Under the pieces are notes generated by a model, which saw nothing but the letters and a program-made list of their open reading frames with translations, was not told the DNA's origin and made no database searches. A program made the position numbers and the translations under genes. 64,000 bases of DNA from Candidatus Rokuibacteriota bacterium (GTDB lineage Bacteria > Methylomirabilota > Methylomirabilia > Rokubacteriales > CSP1-6): positions 530-64,529 of the forward strand of contig QHSO01000027.1 in NCBI GenBank assembly GCA_003220475.1. Direction: 5' to 3'. Every line of letters begins with the position of its first letter. The stretch's first letter is position 1. Positions 1 through 8,679 of the stretch are shown piece by piece.

Positions 1-146
1 CGCCGCGCCTCGATGCTCGCCACGCGACGCTCGCCGGCGCGACGGTCCCAGATCACCTGGACGTTCTCGGCATCCGCGAATGTTTGGCTGAGGTAACGAT
101 AGAGGTCGGGACGGTCACGCGCCACGATGAAGATCTCACGGGGCAT
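1..146 (-). CDS. hypothetical protein, N-terminal part only (runs off window start)
   Basis: ATG at 146..144. Reads MPREIFIVARDRPDLYRYLSQTFADAENVQVIWDRRAGERRV... with GC-rich third positions. No family recognised. Confidence 0.4.
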   Translation of the reverse strand, partial: MPREIFIVARDRPDLYRYLSQTFADAENVQVIWDRRAGERRVASIEAR

Positions 147-151
147 GGGGT

Positions 152-190
152 GGAGACTGTATCACCCCTCGCGGAGGCTGTATCACCCCT
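152..190. repeat. 18-bp direct repeat x2 with 21-bp period (GGAGACTGTATCACCCCT / GGAGGCTGTATCACCCCT)
   Basis: Copies at 152-169 and 173-190 match at 17/18 positions. The second copy contains the stop codon (183-185) of the DUF4340-like gene. Confidence 0.8.
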
Positions 191-1946
191 TCAGGTCGTC
201 GGGCACCTTTGGCGCCGGGCCGAGCGCGCCCGGATCGACCGCATAAATCGTGGGTCCGGCGCCCGTCCGGACGTAGGCGCGATCCGCCTCTCGCTTGCCG
301 ACGATCAGCCGCGCCAGCTCGCCGCCGTCGCCCTTGAGGAGCACGACCTCCATCGTCGGCGCGTCGAGCCCGTACTTGGCCGGCTCCTCGCCATTGGGCG
401 CGACGATCTGCTTCCAGCGCAGCGCACGCACGCCGTAGATGAGGTCTTCGACACGCGCGCTCTTCGCCCCGCTCTTCGTCGGCTCCAGTAGCTTCCAGTC
501 CGTGTCGCCGCTGCGCTCGAGCACGGCCGTCTGCGCGCCGGATTTCACGCGCAGTCGCGTGATGTCTTTCGGCTCCAGACCGCGGAACAGCGTGTGATCG
601 CGCAGGTCGTCGGCGGAGCGACCAAGATCGTCCACGGCCTTGCCGTCCACCAGCACGACCGGACCGCGGCCGGCCACGGCGGCGTAGGCGCTCGCTGCTC
701 CCGCACGCTGCTCGCCGGATGGCGACAACAGGATTGTCGTCGGGGGCTTGCCTTCCTCCGTGACGGTCACTTTCACCGTCGGCTTGGCCAGCACGCGCGG
801 CACGGCGGAGGCGTCGTCGCTCAAGAAGCCTTGCGCGCGGAGATTCCGCAGGCGGCTGATCAGCGCGCCGGCCTCCACCTGATCGGCGGCAAGCGCCTGC
901 GGCGCGGTGATCGCCCAGCGATCCTTCTCACGCGCGAGGGTGACGGCGCCCTTGGGACTTTCGACCTCGAGGCGCGTGACCTTGTCGCGGTCGACGGCGA
1001 CGAGCTGCTTGTCGCGCACGGCGGCGACCGTGCGCGGAATGGTGTTCACGACGTCTTCGGGCAGGAGCAGCACGCTCGTCTCGCCCTCACGCATGGCGTA
1101 GACGCCCTTCTTCGCCGTGTCCGTGCGGCCCACGAGCAGCGTGCGGCCGGCTCGCTCGTTGTCCTTGCCGGTATAGATCGTGAGACGCAACGGCCGATCG
1201 AGGCCGTAGGCGCTGCGCGACGGCGGCGACTCGGCGACGAACTCCTTGACCTTCGCCGACGTCAGCTTCTCGAACATGTCGCCAATGGCCTCGGTGTCCG
1301 CGGGCAGGGCCACCGGCTTCGTGATGCGCCACGCGTCGGCGGCGTGGGCGACAGTGAGCGTCGTCCCGTCCGCGGCGATGTCGAATCCCGAGACGGCTTT
1401 ACGGTCCAGCGTGAGGATCGTGCGATCGCGAAAATCGGTCGCGGGTTTGGTGGCCTCGCGCAGGACGCTGTCGGGCAGCGCGATGACCGCGGGCTTGCCC
1501 GCCTCTCGCCCGTAGACCCAGACGCCCGTCGGGCTCTTGTTGCCCAACGCCACGCCCACGGTCTTGCCGTCCTTCAGCGTCAGCGTCACCTCCGCCGCCG
1601 GCTTGTCGAGACCGAACGCGCCGGGCGCGGCCGGCTTGGGATCGATCTCGCGATCGACCTTGGCGGTGAGCACGGTCGTGAGCGTCTCGTCGATCCGTGC
1701 GCGGTCGCCGCGCGCCACCACCGGCGCCTTCAGCTCCCAGCCCTCGCCGGCCCGCGCGAAGCGCACGGTGTCCTCGCGGCGCTTGAGCTCGACGGCCGTG
1801 ACGTCGGCCGGCTCGGCCTGGAAGATACGACCCTTGCGCGTCTCCACACGCTCGCGCTCGGGCGCCCAGCGCACCTCGTAGACGTAGTAGAAGCCGCCGA
1901 CGAGCAGCAGGGCGATGGTGAGGACGATGGTGGTCTGCCAGCGCAT
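183..1946 (-). CDS. DUF4340-like protein (accessory to GldG-type ABC transporter)
   Basis: 587-aa ORF with an N-terminal TM helix (TIVLTIALLLVGGFYYVY). Last gene of the ABC/GldG operon, 8 nt after the GldG stop. Repetitive beta-rich body typical of DUF4340. Confidence 0.7.
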   Translation of the reverse strand: MRWQTTIVLTIALLLVGGFYYVYEVRWAPERERVETRKGRIFQAEPADVTAVELKRREDTVRFARAGEGWELKAPVVARGDRARIDETLTTVLTAKVDREIDPKPAAPGAFGLDKPAAEVTLTLKDGKTVGVALGNKSPTGVWVYGREAGKPAVIALPDSVLREATKPATDFRDRTILTLDRKAVSGFDIAADGTTLTVAHAADAWRITKPVALPADTEAIGDMFEKLTSAKVKEFVAESPPSRSAYGLDRPLRLTIYTGKDNERAGRTLLVGRTDTAKKGVYAMREGETSVLLLPEDVVNTIPRTVAAVRDKQLVAVDRDKVTRLEVESPKGAVTLAREKDRWAITAPQALAADQVEAGALISRLRNLRAQGFLSDDASAVPRVLAKPTVKVTVTEEGKPPTTILLSPSGEQRAGAASAYAAVAGRGPVVLVDGKAVDDLGRSADDLRDHTLFRGLEPKDITRLRVKSGAQTAVLERSGDTDWKLLEPTKSGAKSARVEDLIYGVRALRWKQIVAPNGEEPAKYGLDAPTMEVVLLKGDGGELARLIVGKREADRAYVRTGAGPTIYAVDPGALGPAPKVPDDLKG

Positions 1947-1953
1947 CGCGCGA

Positions 1954-3516
1954 CTAGTTCGCGGCGCGCCGCCGGACGAGGGCCACGATCCCGCCCGCGA
2001 GCACGAGACCGGGCAGGATCACCAGCGGCAGCAGCGCGACGACGCGACCCTGCTGGGCGCTGAGGAAGATCGGCGTCTGCTTGGTGTCCTTCGGCCGTAC
2101 CGTGATCTGATCTTCCTCCTCGGCGAGCCAGCTGACCGTGTTCAGGAAGAAGTCGCGGTTGCCCTGCACGTTGAGGAACTGGTTGGTGGCCAGGTTCGAG
2201 GTGCCGTAGACGACGATGCGCGTCTTGTCTTTCGTGACGACCGCGGCGACGGGCAGCGGGCCCTTCGGATCTTGCGGATCCGGCTTGGCCGTCCCCTGCT
2301 CGAGCGCTTGCCGGTCCGTCTCGCCCCACGACTCGGGGCTCGTGCGCGCCAGCGGCTGCACGTTCACGCCGGGCGGCAGTGTCTTCACCGGCGTCACGGT
2401 CCGCGTGAGCGGAAACAGCGTCGTGATACCGGCCAGGTCGCGCGTGATCGGGTGCGGCTCGTACTGCTGGATGATCGGCACCTCCGGCCCGATGCCGAAG
2501 AGCCGGCCGATCGGCGAGAGCTCGACGACGAGGTTGTCGCCAAGGTCGACGCCCCAGCGCGCGAGGAAGCGCTTCATGGCCGCGTCCTGCATCTTCGCCG
2601 GGAACGGCGGGTCCACCATCGCGAGAACCTTGCCGCCTTTCCCGAGGTAGCCGTCCAGGGTGTCCATCTCCGGTGGGAAGAAATCCGTGCGTGGACCGGC
2701 GATCACGATGACGGCGGCGTCCGCGGGAATCGTCGTCGCGCGCGCGAGCACCAGCGGCTTGACCTCGTAGTTGGACTTCTCGAGGGCGCCCTTGGCCTCG
2801 GAGAACCCGGCGCGCTCGGTGTTGCCCAGCTCGTGCTCGCCGTGACCCTGCACGACGTAGACGGACCGCTTGCCCTCGCGGGTCACCTTCAGCAGGCCGT
2901 TGGTGAGCTTCTCCTCCTCGGCGTCGAGCACTTTCTCCGAGCGCGCCTTCGTCTCGAGCACGATCGTGCCGTACGACTCGATGCCGTAGCGGCGCGCCAG
3001 CGCGGGATCGCTGTCGGGATCGACGATCTTCCACGTGAGCTTCTTGCCGGCATAACCCGCGTACTGCTTGAACAGGTCCTCGGCCACGCGCTTGCCGGGC
3101 TGATCGGCGCGGAAGAAGCCGACCATGTTCACGTCGCTCTTGAGGCCTCGCAGCACGGAGACGGTCTGCGGCGAGAGGCTGCGCCGCTTGTTCTCCGTCA
3201 GGTCGACACGATAGCTGTGGCGCGCGGACAGCGCCTCGACGAAGCCGACCACGCCAAGCACGAGCAGGATCGACACGAGGGCATTGAGGCCATAGGACAT
3301 CGTCCGGGCACCGACCTTGCGCCGCGCGCCGGCCAGCCACGGCAGCGCGGACAGCACCACGAGCACGATGCCCGCGGCGACTAGCGGCCACCAGAGCATT
3401 GCGGTCAGGCGCACCGCCCACACCTGCCGACCGTACGTCCCGGTCAGCGTGAGCGCGGTGGCCGCGGCCAGCGCGATCAGCCCCAGATAGAACGCCGCGT
3501 CAGCGAGACGGCGCAT
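1954..3516 (-). CDS. GldG-like ABC transporter auxiliary component
   Basis: Start taken at MRRLADAAFYLG (ATG 3516), 4 nt after the permease stop. N-terminal TM helices, a large periplasmic domain and a C-terminal TM helix. Operon context fits. Confidence 0.8.
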   Translation of the reverse strand: MRRLADAAFYLGLIALAAATALTLTGTYGRQVWAVRLTAMLWWPLVAAGIVLVVLSALPWLAGARRKVGARTMSYGLNALVSILLVLGVVGFVEALSARHSYRVDLTENKRRSLSPQTVSVLRGLKSDVNMVGFFRADQPGKRVAEDLFKQYAGYAGKKLTWKIVDPDSDPALARRYGIESYGTIVLETKARSEKVLDAEEEKLTNGLLKVTREGKRSVYVVQGHGEHELGNTERAGFSEAKGALEKSNYEVKPLVLARATTIPADAAVIVIAGPRTDFFPPEMDTLDGYLGKGGKVLAMVDPPFPAKMQDAAMKRFLARWGVDLGDNLVVELSPIGRLFGIGPEVPIIQQYEPHPITRDLAGITTLFPLTRTVTPVKTLPPGVNVQPLARTSPESWGETDRQALEQGTAKPDPQDPKGPLPVAAVVTKDKTRIVVYGTSNLATNQFLNVQGNRDFFLNTVSWLAEEEDQITVRPKDTKQTPIFLSAQQGRVVALLPLVILPGLVLAGGIVALVRRRAAN

Positions 3517-3520
3517 CGGC

Positions 3521-4285
3521 CTAGCCCTTCCACCGCCGCGCTTCGAGCGAGCGCAGGGCGAGAAACAGCGCAACGAGCGTGAAGTCCATGTAGAAGATGA
3601 TGTCCTTCGTCTCGAACACGCCCTTGGCGAAGCTCTCGTTGTGCTCGGTCAGCGACAGGTGCTGGAGCACCCTGCCCAGCGCCGGGTCCGCGAAGTCGGC
3701 CGACCAGCCGACCACCCAGAACATCAAGAGGATGAGGAAGCTCACGAGCGCGGCGACGATCTGGTTCTCGGTCAGCGACGAGGCGAACACGCCGACGGCG
3801 ATGAACGTCGCGCCCATCAGCAGCAGTCCGACGTAGCCCGTGAGGATCGGCCCCCCCTCGAGCGGCGCGAAGTACCAGATGATGGCCGGGAAGACCAGCG
3901 TCAGGGCGATCATCAGCGCATACAGCGCGAAGGCCGCCAGGAACTTGCCGAGCAGCACGGCGCCGTCGCGCACGGGATAGGTCAGCAGCAGCTCGATGGT
4001 TCCGCTGCGCCGCTCCTCCGCGAACAGCCGCATGGTGAGCAACGGCATCATCAAGAGCAGGATCACGCTGAAGTTCGAGAAGAGCGGCCGCAACACGCCG
4101 TCGGTCACGTTGAGGCCGCCGCCCATCGGGTTCATCGCCGACTGCATCGACACGCGCGCGTAATAGTTGAAGATCGAGTGGAAGAAGTAGCCGGCGATGA
4201 AGATGAAGACGGCCATGATCACCCACGCCACAGGCGAGGTGAAGTAGAGCCGCATCTCCTTCTTGAAGATCGGCCAGACCTTCAC
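3521..4285 (-). CDS. ABC-2 type transporter permease (GldF-like)
   Basis: GTG start at 4285 in a GTGA overlap with the ATPase stop. Begins VKVWPIFKKEMRLYFTSPVAWV. Multi-TM hydrophobic protein of 254 aa. Confidence 0.8.
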   Translation of the reverse strand: MKVWPIFKKEMRLYFTSPVAWVIMAVFIFIAGYFFHSIFNYYARVSMQSAMNPMGGGLNVTDGVLRPLFSNFSVILLLMMPLLTMRLFAEERRSGTIELLLTYPVRDGAVLLGKFLAAFALYALMIALTLVFPAIIWYFAPLEGGPILTGYVGLLLMGATFIAVGVFASSLTENQIVAALVSFLILLMFWVVGWSADFADPALGRVLQHLSLTEHNESFAKGVFETKDIIFYMDFTLVALFLALRSLEARRWKG

Positions 4286-5142
4286 GCGCTCTCTCCGGTG
4301 TGGCTCTGCTCGCCCGCCACGACGTGCAGGAAGACCTCCTCCAGCGTCATGCCGATGCGGCGCAGCTCGCGCAGGTCCCACCGACGCTGGGCCGCGAGCT
4401 GGAACACCTCACCGCGCACGTCGCGCCCACGCGAGGACTCGACGATGTACCGCCCGATCCCGTCGGAGCCCGGCACGTCCGTCACCGAGACGACGCCGGG
4501 GATCACGCCCAGCGCCTCGCGCACGGCGTCCGGCGACGGGCCGGCGATCTCCACCTCCACGCGCGCTGTTGGGAAGAACTGCTCGACCAGCGAGTCGATC
4601 GGCCCCTGGGCGACGATCACACCCTGGTTGATGATGACCACCGAGGAGCAGACCATCGAGACCTCGGGCAGGATGTGCGTCGACAGGATCACCGTGTGGT
4701 CGCCGGCCAGTGACTTGATCAGGTCGCGGATCTCGGTGATCTGCTTGGGATCGAGCCCGATGGTCGGCTCGTCCAGGATGAGCACCGCCGGATCGCTCAC
4801 GATCGCCTGCGCCAGGCCCACCCGCTGACGGTAGCCCTTCGACAGCTTTCCGATCAGGCGGTTCTGGACGTCGAGGATGCGGCAGCGCTCCATGGCCTCG
4901 ACCACGCGCCTCTTGCGGTCGCTGCGCGGCACGCCTTTGATCTCCGCGACGAATTCCAGGTACGGCCCCACGCGCAGGTCCGTGTAGAGCGGCACGTTCT
5001 CCGGCAGGTAGCCGATGCGTCGCCGCACCTCGAGCGACTCGGCGAAGACGTCGTAGCCGGCGACCTTGGCGACGGTGAACGACACGTCACGGATCGCGGT
5101 GATGGGACCGTAGTGTTTCGTGAGGTTGTGAACTTCGATCAT
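4282..5142 (-). CDS. ABC transporter ATP-binding protein (GldA-like) lacking the Walker A segment
   Basis: Q-loop (GYLPE), signature LSKGYRQR, Walker B LILDEP and H-loop STH are present. No GxxGxGK[ST] anywhere: the sequence jumps SFTVAK|VAGYDVF. Confidence 0.85.
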   Translation of the reverse strand: MIEVHNLTKHYGPITAIRDVSFTVAKVAGYDVFAESLEVRRRIGYLPENVPLYTDLRVGPYLEFVAEIKGVPRSDRKRRVVEAMERCRILDVQNRLIGKLSKGYRQRVGLAQAIVSDPAVLILDEPTIGLDPKQITEIRDLIKSLAGDHTVILSTHILPEVSMVCSSVVIINQGVIVAQGPIDSLVEQFFPTARVEVEIAGPSPDAVREALGVIPGVVSVTDVPGSDGIGRYIVESSRGRDVRGEVFQLAAQRRWDLRELRRIGMTLEEVFLHVVAGEQSHTGESA

Positions 5143-5157
5143 CCGGCCGACTCGGGA

Positions 5158-5577
5158 TTATACCGCCGACGGCGACGAGAGCAACGTCACAGGCATGATT
5201 GCCGCCAGCCAGTCGGGGACGGCGATCATCTTCGAGGTCGCCGGGTCCCAGCAGGCGTGCAGCGTCGAGCCCGACGCCACGCGCTCACCGCGCTCGTTCA
5301 CCAGCTCGTAGCCGAAGCGGAACGATGCCCGCTTGCGCTCGGCGATCCAGCAGCGCGCCTCGAGCAGGTCGTCGAGGAGCGCGGGCTTGTGGTAGCGCAC
5401 GACGGCCTCGACGACGGGCATGTGGACCTTCTGGTCGACGTCGGACATCGCCTGGCCCTGTTGACGCAGGAACTCCACGCGCGCCACCTCGAAGTACGTC
5501 AGGTAGTTGCCGTAATAGACGACCTTCATGCAGTCGGTCTCGGCGTAGCGCACCCGGATCTTCGTCGTGGCGATCAC
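5158..5577 (-). CDS. acyl-CoA thioesterase, YbgC/4HBT hotdog family
   Basis: GTG 5577 in a GTGA overlap with the AAA gene stop. IRVRYAETDCMKVVYYGNYLTYFEVAR is a typical 4HBT N-terminus. 139 aa. Confidence 0.8.
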   Translation of the reverse strand: MIATTKIRVRYAETDCMKVVYYGNYLTYFEVARVEFLRQQGQAMSDVDQKVHMPVVEAVVRYHKPALLDDLLEARCWIAERKRASFRFGYELVNERGERVASGSTLHACWDPATSKMIAVPDWLAAIMPVTLLSSPSAV

Positions 5578-6515
5578 AGGTACTGGCCGTAGCGGATCTT
5601 CTCGACCACGCCGCGGACGCGCTTGTAGCGGTCGATGGCCTCGAGGAGATCCTGCGTGCTCACGAGCGAGGCCTCGGCTCCGTCGGCCGCGCGGTGCACC
5701 TTCTCTTCGAGCGCGCGGCGCAGGATCTCGGTGATGTCGGCGCCGCTCATGCCGCCCATCATCGGCAGCGCCTTGCGATAGTCGATCGGCTCGAACAGCT
5801 CGCGGCCGGCCGTCTTTTCCATCCGCGTCTTGAGCAGCTCGAGAATCTCGCGCTGCTCGTCGGCATCCGGCAGTGCCACCTCCACCAGATGATCGAGCCG
5901 CCCGGGCGCGACGAGCGCCGAGTCGACGGCGTCGGTGCGGCTCGTCGAGGCGATCACGAGAACGCGCGCGCTCTCGGCCAAGCCATCCAGCCGCTCGCAC
6001 AGCGTGGCCACCAATCGGGCACTCGCCTCGCGGGCCTGGGGCGGTGGCAGCAGATGCTCGAGCGAGAGCGCCTCCGCCTCGTCCAGGAAGAGCACCGCCT
6101 TGCCCTCCCCGGCGGCGATACGCAGGATCTCCTGGAGCAGCTCGCCGGTGTTGGCGGCGAACTTCGAGGTCAGGTTGAAGAGCTTGACGTGATAGAAGAT
6201 CGCTCCCGCCGAGGCCGCGAGCGCGCGCGCGAGCTTGGACTTGCCGGTGCCGGGCGGTCCGTACAGCAGGACGCCCTTGGGCGGGGTGATCCCCCACTGC
6301 TGATAGAGCTCGGGCTTGGTCAGCGCGTAGGCGAAGCCCCGCAGCGTGGCCTTGGCCTGCGTGAGGCCGCCGACGTCGTCGAAGGACACGCTGGGCTGGA
6401 TGTCGGTCTCGACGCGGCCCGTGAGATCGCCGAACTTCTCGCCGAGCTTGGCAAAGACGTCCTCGATCCGGCGCTGCAGCGCCCAGCGGAGATCGTCGGT
6501 TTCGAGCTTGGACAT
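5574..6515 (-). CDS. AAA+ family ATPase (single AAA module, 313 aa) with C-terminal GQYL
   Basis: Walker A GPPGTGKS, Walker B VLFLDEAE, second region of homology TSRTDAVDSALVAPGRLD. C-terminus is ...KIRYGQYL. Confidence 0.9.
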   Translation of the reverse strand: MSKLETDDLRWALQRRIEDVFAKLGEKFGDLTGRVETDIQPSVSFDDVGGLTQAKATLRGFAYALTKPELYQQWGITPPKGVLLYGPPGTGKSKLARALAASAGAIFYHVKLFNLTSKFAANTGELLQEILRIAAGEGKAVLFLDEAEALSLEHLLPPPQAREASARLVATLCERLDGLAESARVLVIASTSRTDAVDSALVAPGRLDHLVEVALPDADEQREILELLKTRMEKTAGRELFEPIDYRKALPMMGGMSGADITEILRRALEEKVHRAADGAEASLVSTQDLLEAIDRYKRVRGVVEKIRYGQYL

Positions 6516-6539
6516 CGCTCGCCAGTATACCCGGCCGCC

Positions 6540-7724
6540 TCAGGCGCGCGCGGGCGCCGGGCGCGGCAGTCCCATCGACAGGGCGGCGCCGGCGAGCAGC
6601 GAGGAGGCCAGGATCGTCCACATCGAGGCGTAGCCGAGCGCGTGCGCGATCCAGCCGAATGTGAACGCGCCGGCCGCCTGACCCACCAGGAACATCGCGC
6701 TGAACACGCCGACGGCCGTCGCGCGCCGCCGCGCGGGCGCCAGGTCGGTCACGAGCGCGGCGAGGCCGGGATAGAGGAAGCCGTGGGCGCCGCCCGACAG
6801 CAGGCCGGCAAGAAACAGCACGGGCACCACCGGCACCGTGCTGGTCCGCGTGACCAGGATGCCGACGACCGCCAGCAGGGCCGGCGCGCTCGCCTGCAGG
6901 AACATCGACGGGACGATGACGGCGCGTCGGCCATGCGTGTCGATGAGGCGCCCGCCGAACACGCGCACGGCGACGGCGGCGCCCGCGTACGCCGTGTAGA
7001 AGAGCGACAGCGTGGTGACGGCGAGGCTCTGGGCGAACGTCGGCAGGAACGCGAAAATCGTGCCGGAGCCGAGGCCGAAGAACACGCTCACGACCATGTG
7101 GCGCTGCACGACGTCCTCGAGCCCGGCGAGCATCCAGCCGGGCGCGGGCGCGGTGGCGGCGGCGCGCCGGCCGCGGCCGAGCCGCAGGACGAGCGCCAGC
7201 GGCACGGCCCCCAGCAGCGCGGAGATCGCGAACAGCGTCCGGAACCCGAGCCGGCGCACGATCCACTCACCGAAGAGCGGCGCCACCGCAGTCGCCACGA
7301 AGCCGGAGACGCCGAAGATGCCGAGCGCCCAGCCACGCTGCGTCGCGGGCACGAGATCGACGACGAACGAGAACATCGCGACGAAGTACACGGAGAAGCC
7401 GACGCCGTGCAGCGCGCGCACGAGCGCGAAGACGCCGATGGAGTCGAAGAACAGCGGCAGCAAGGAGGCCATGAGCACGAGCGTGGTCCCGGCGATCATG
7501 AACGCGCGCCGGCCCAGCGCGTCGACCCACGGGCCGACCAGCGGCTGGCACACGATGCCGACCGCGCTGAACACCCCCATGACGATGCCGATCGCGATCT
7601 CGGTGCCGCCGAGCGCGTGGATGTGCAGGGGCAGCAGGACATAGCCGTTCAGGCTGAGACTGAAGAAGAAATTGGTCAGCGTCGCCCGCACGAAGGCGTT
7701 GTGTGCGAGAATCGGCGACGGCAC
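6540..7724 (-). CDS. MFS transporter
   Basis: About 12 predicted TM segments. The VDALGRRAFM motif lies between TM2 and TM3. Start assigned to GTG 7724 (VPSPILAHNAFVRATLTNFFF); exact start uncertain. Confidence 0.75.
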   Translation of the reverse strand: MPSPILAHNAFVRATLTNFFFSLSLNGYVLLPLHIHALGGTEIAIGIVMGVFSAVGIVCQPLVGPWVDALGRRAFMIAGTTLVLMASLLPLFFDSIGVFALVRALHGVGFSVYFVAMFSFVVDLVPATQRGWALGIFGVSGFVATAVAPLFGEWIVRRLGFRTLFAISALLGAVPLALVLRLGRGRRAAATAPAPGWMLAGLEDVVQRHMVVSVFFGLGSGTIFAFLPTFAQSLAVTTLSLFYTAYAGAAVAVRVFGGRLIDTHGRRAVIVPSMFLQASAPALLAVVGILVTRTSTVPVVPVLFLAGLLSGGAHGFLYPGLAALVTDLAPARRRATAVGVFSAMFLVGQAAGAFTFGWIAHALGYASMWTILASSLLAGAALSMGLPRPAPARA

Positions 7725-7739
7725 GCGGCCGATTATCGC

Positions 7740-8579
7740 ATGAGGACCATCGACGCCACGCTGCGCGGCGCCGTCGCCGGTGCCGGCGACGACCTCACGC
7801 TCACGCTCGATCCTGCCTTCCAGGGCCTCCCCGACGCCGCCCACGGCGGCTCGGTGCTCGCGCTGTTCGAGACGCTCGCGTCGCGACGCGGCGCGCGCAC
7901 GGTACGCGGCCATTATCTGCGCCGCGTGCCGCTCGGCGTTCCGCTGGTGCTCACGCTGACGCACGAGGCGGATGCGCTCGGCTGCCGTGTCGCGGATCAC
8001 ACCGGCGCCGTGCTCGTGACCGGTCGCGTCGGCGCCGCCGAGAGGACCGACGGCAAATCGTCTGATGCGCCGGGAGCCGACGCGGCCCCGCTGCCCGTCT
8101 CGCTGACCTGCTTCGCGTGCGGCATCGACAATCCCCACGGTCTGCGGGCGCGGCTGACGTTCGATGCGCGCGCCGTCGGCGGCGCGTGGACGCCGCCCGC
8201 GGAGTTCCGGGATCACGACGGCGGGCTCGCCACGATCGCGCTCACGACGCTGCTCGACGAGGCAGCGTTCTGGCTCGGCGCCCTTGCCAGCGGCGAGTCC
8301 GGCATGACGACGGAGCTGACGGTGACGCTCCACGGAGATCCGATCGCCGCCGGCGCCATCGTCGTGGTCGGTGAGCGCGCCGCCACGCGGCCACGCGCGG
8401 ACGACCCGCGCTACTGGGAGACGCGTCTGCACGCGCGCGACCAGGCGGGACGGCCGCTCGCGACGGCCGCGATCACCTTCGCGGCCATGAGGGGCGCCGC
8501 CCGTCGGCTCGTCACCGGCCTGCTCGCGCTCAACCCGCCGGACGTCGTGCGCCGCGTCTTTCCCGCCTACTGCGCGTAA
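7740..8579 (+). CDS. PaaI-like hotdog-fold thioesterase (tandem hotdog)
   Basis: ATG 7740. The C-terminal half carries CFACGIDNPHGLRARLTF, typical of the PaaI/DUF4442-type hotdog. The N-terminal half has a GG-containing hotdog-like segment. 279 aa. Confidence 0.65.
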   Translation: MRTIDATLRGAVAGAGDDLTLTLDPAFQGLPDAAHGGSVLALFETLASRRGARTVRGHYLRRVPLGVPLVLTLTHEADALGCRVADHTGAVLVTGRVGAAERTDGKSSDAPGADAAPLPVSLTCFACGIDNPHGLRARLTFDARAVGGAWTPPAEFRDHDGGLATIALTTLLDEAAFWLGALASGESGMTTELTVTLHGDPIAAGAIVVVGERAATRPRADDPRYWETRLHARDQAGRPLATAAITFAAMRGAARRLVTGLLALNPPDVVRRVFPAYCA

Positions 8580-8679
8580 GCGCACGCGCCGCCCGGCCCG
8601 GCGCAAAAGCTCCGACTCCACGGCTGCGCTTGCTACGCTCGAACGAGGCGCGGCGCCTGCGCCGTGCGGGGAGGCCACG

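Noticed and set aside
5199-8579. Very long ORFs on the strand opposite real genes or upstream of real starts. Examples: 5199-8579 (1126 aa), 5158-7266, 6540-9053, 36856-38691, 43962-46049, the 5' part of 50865-53864, 51671-54142 and 53133-54563.
   Set aside because: Their products are Arg/Ala/Gly/Pro-rich and low-complexity. They mirror recognisable genes on the other strand or frame, as expected from stop-codon scarcity in very GC-rich DNA. Only the segments matching known families were kept.
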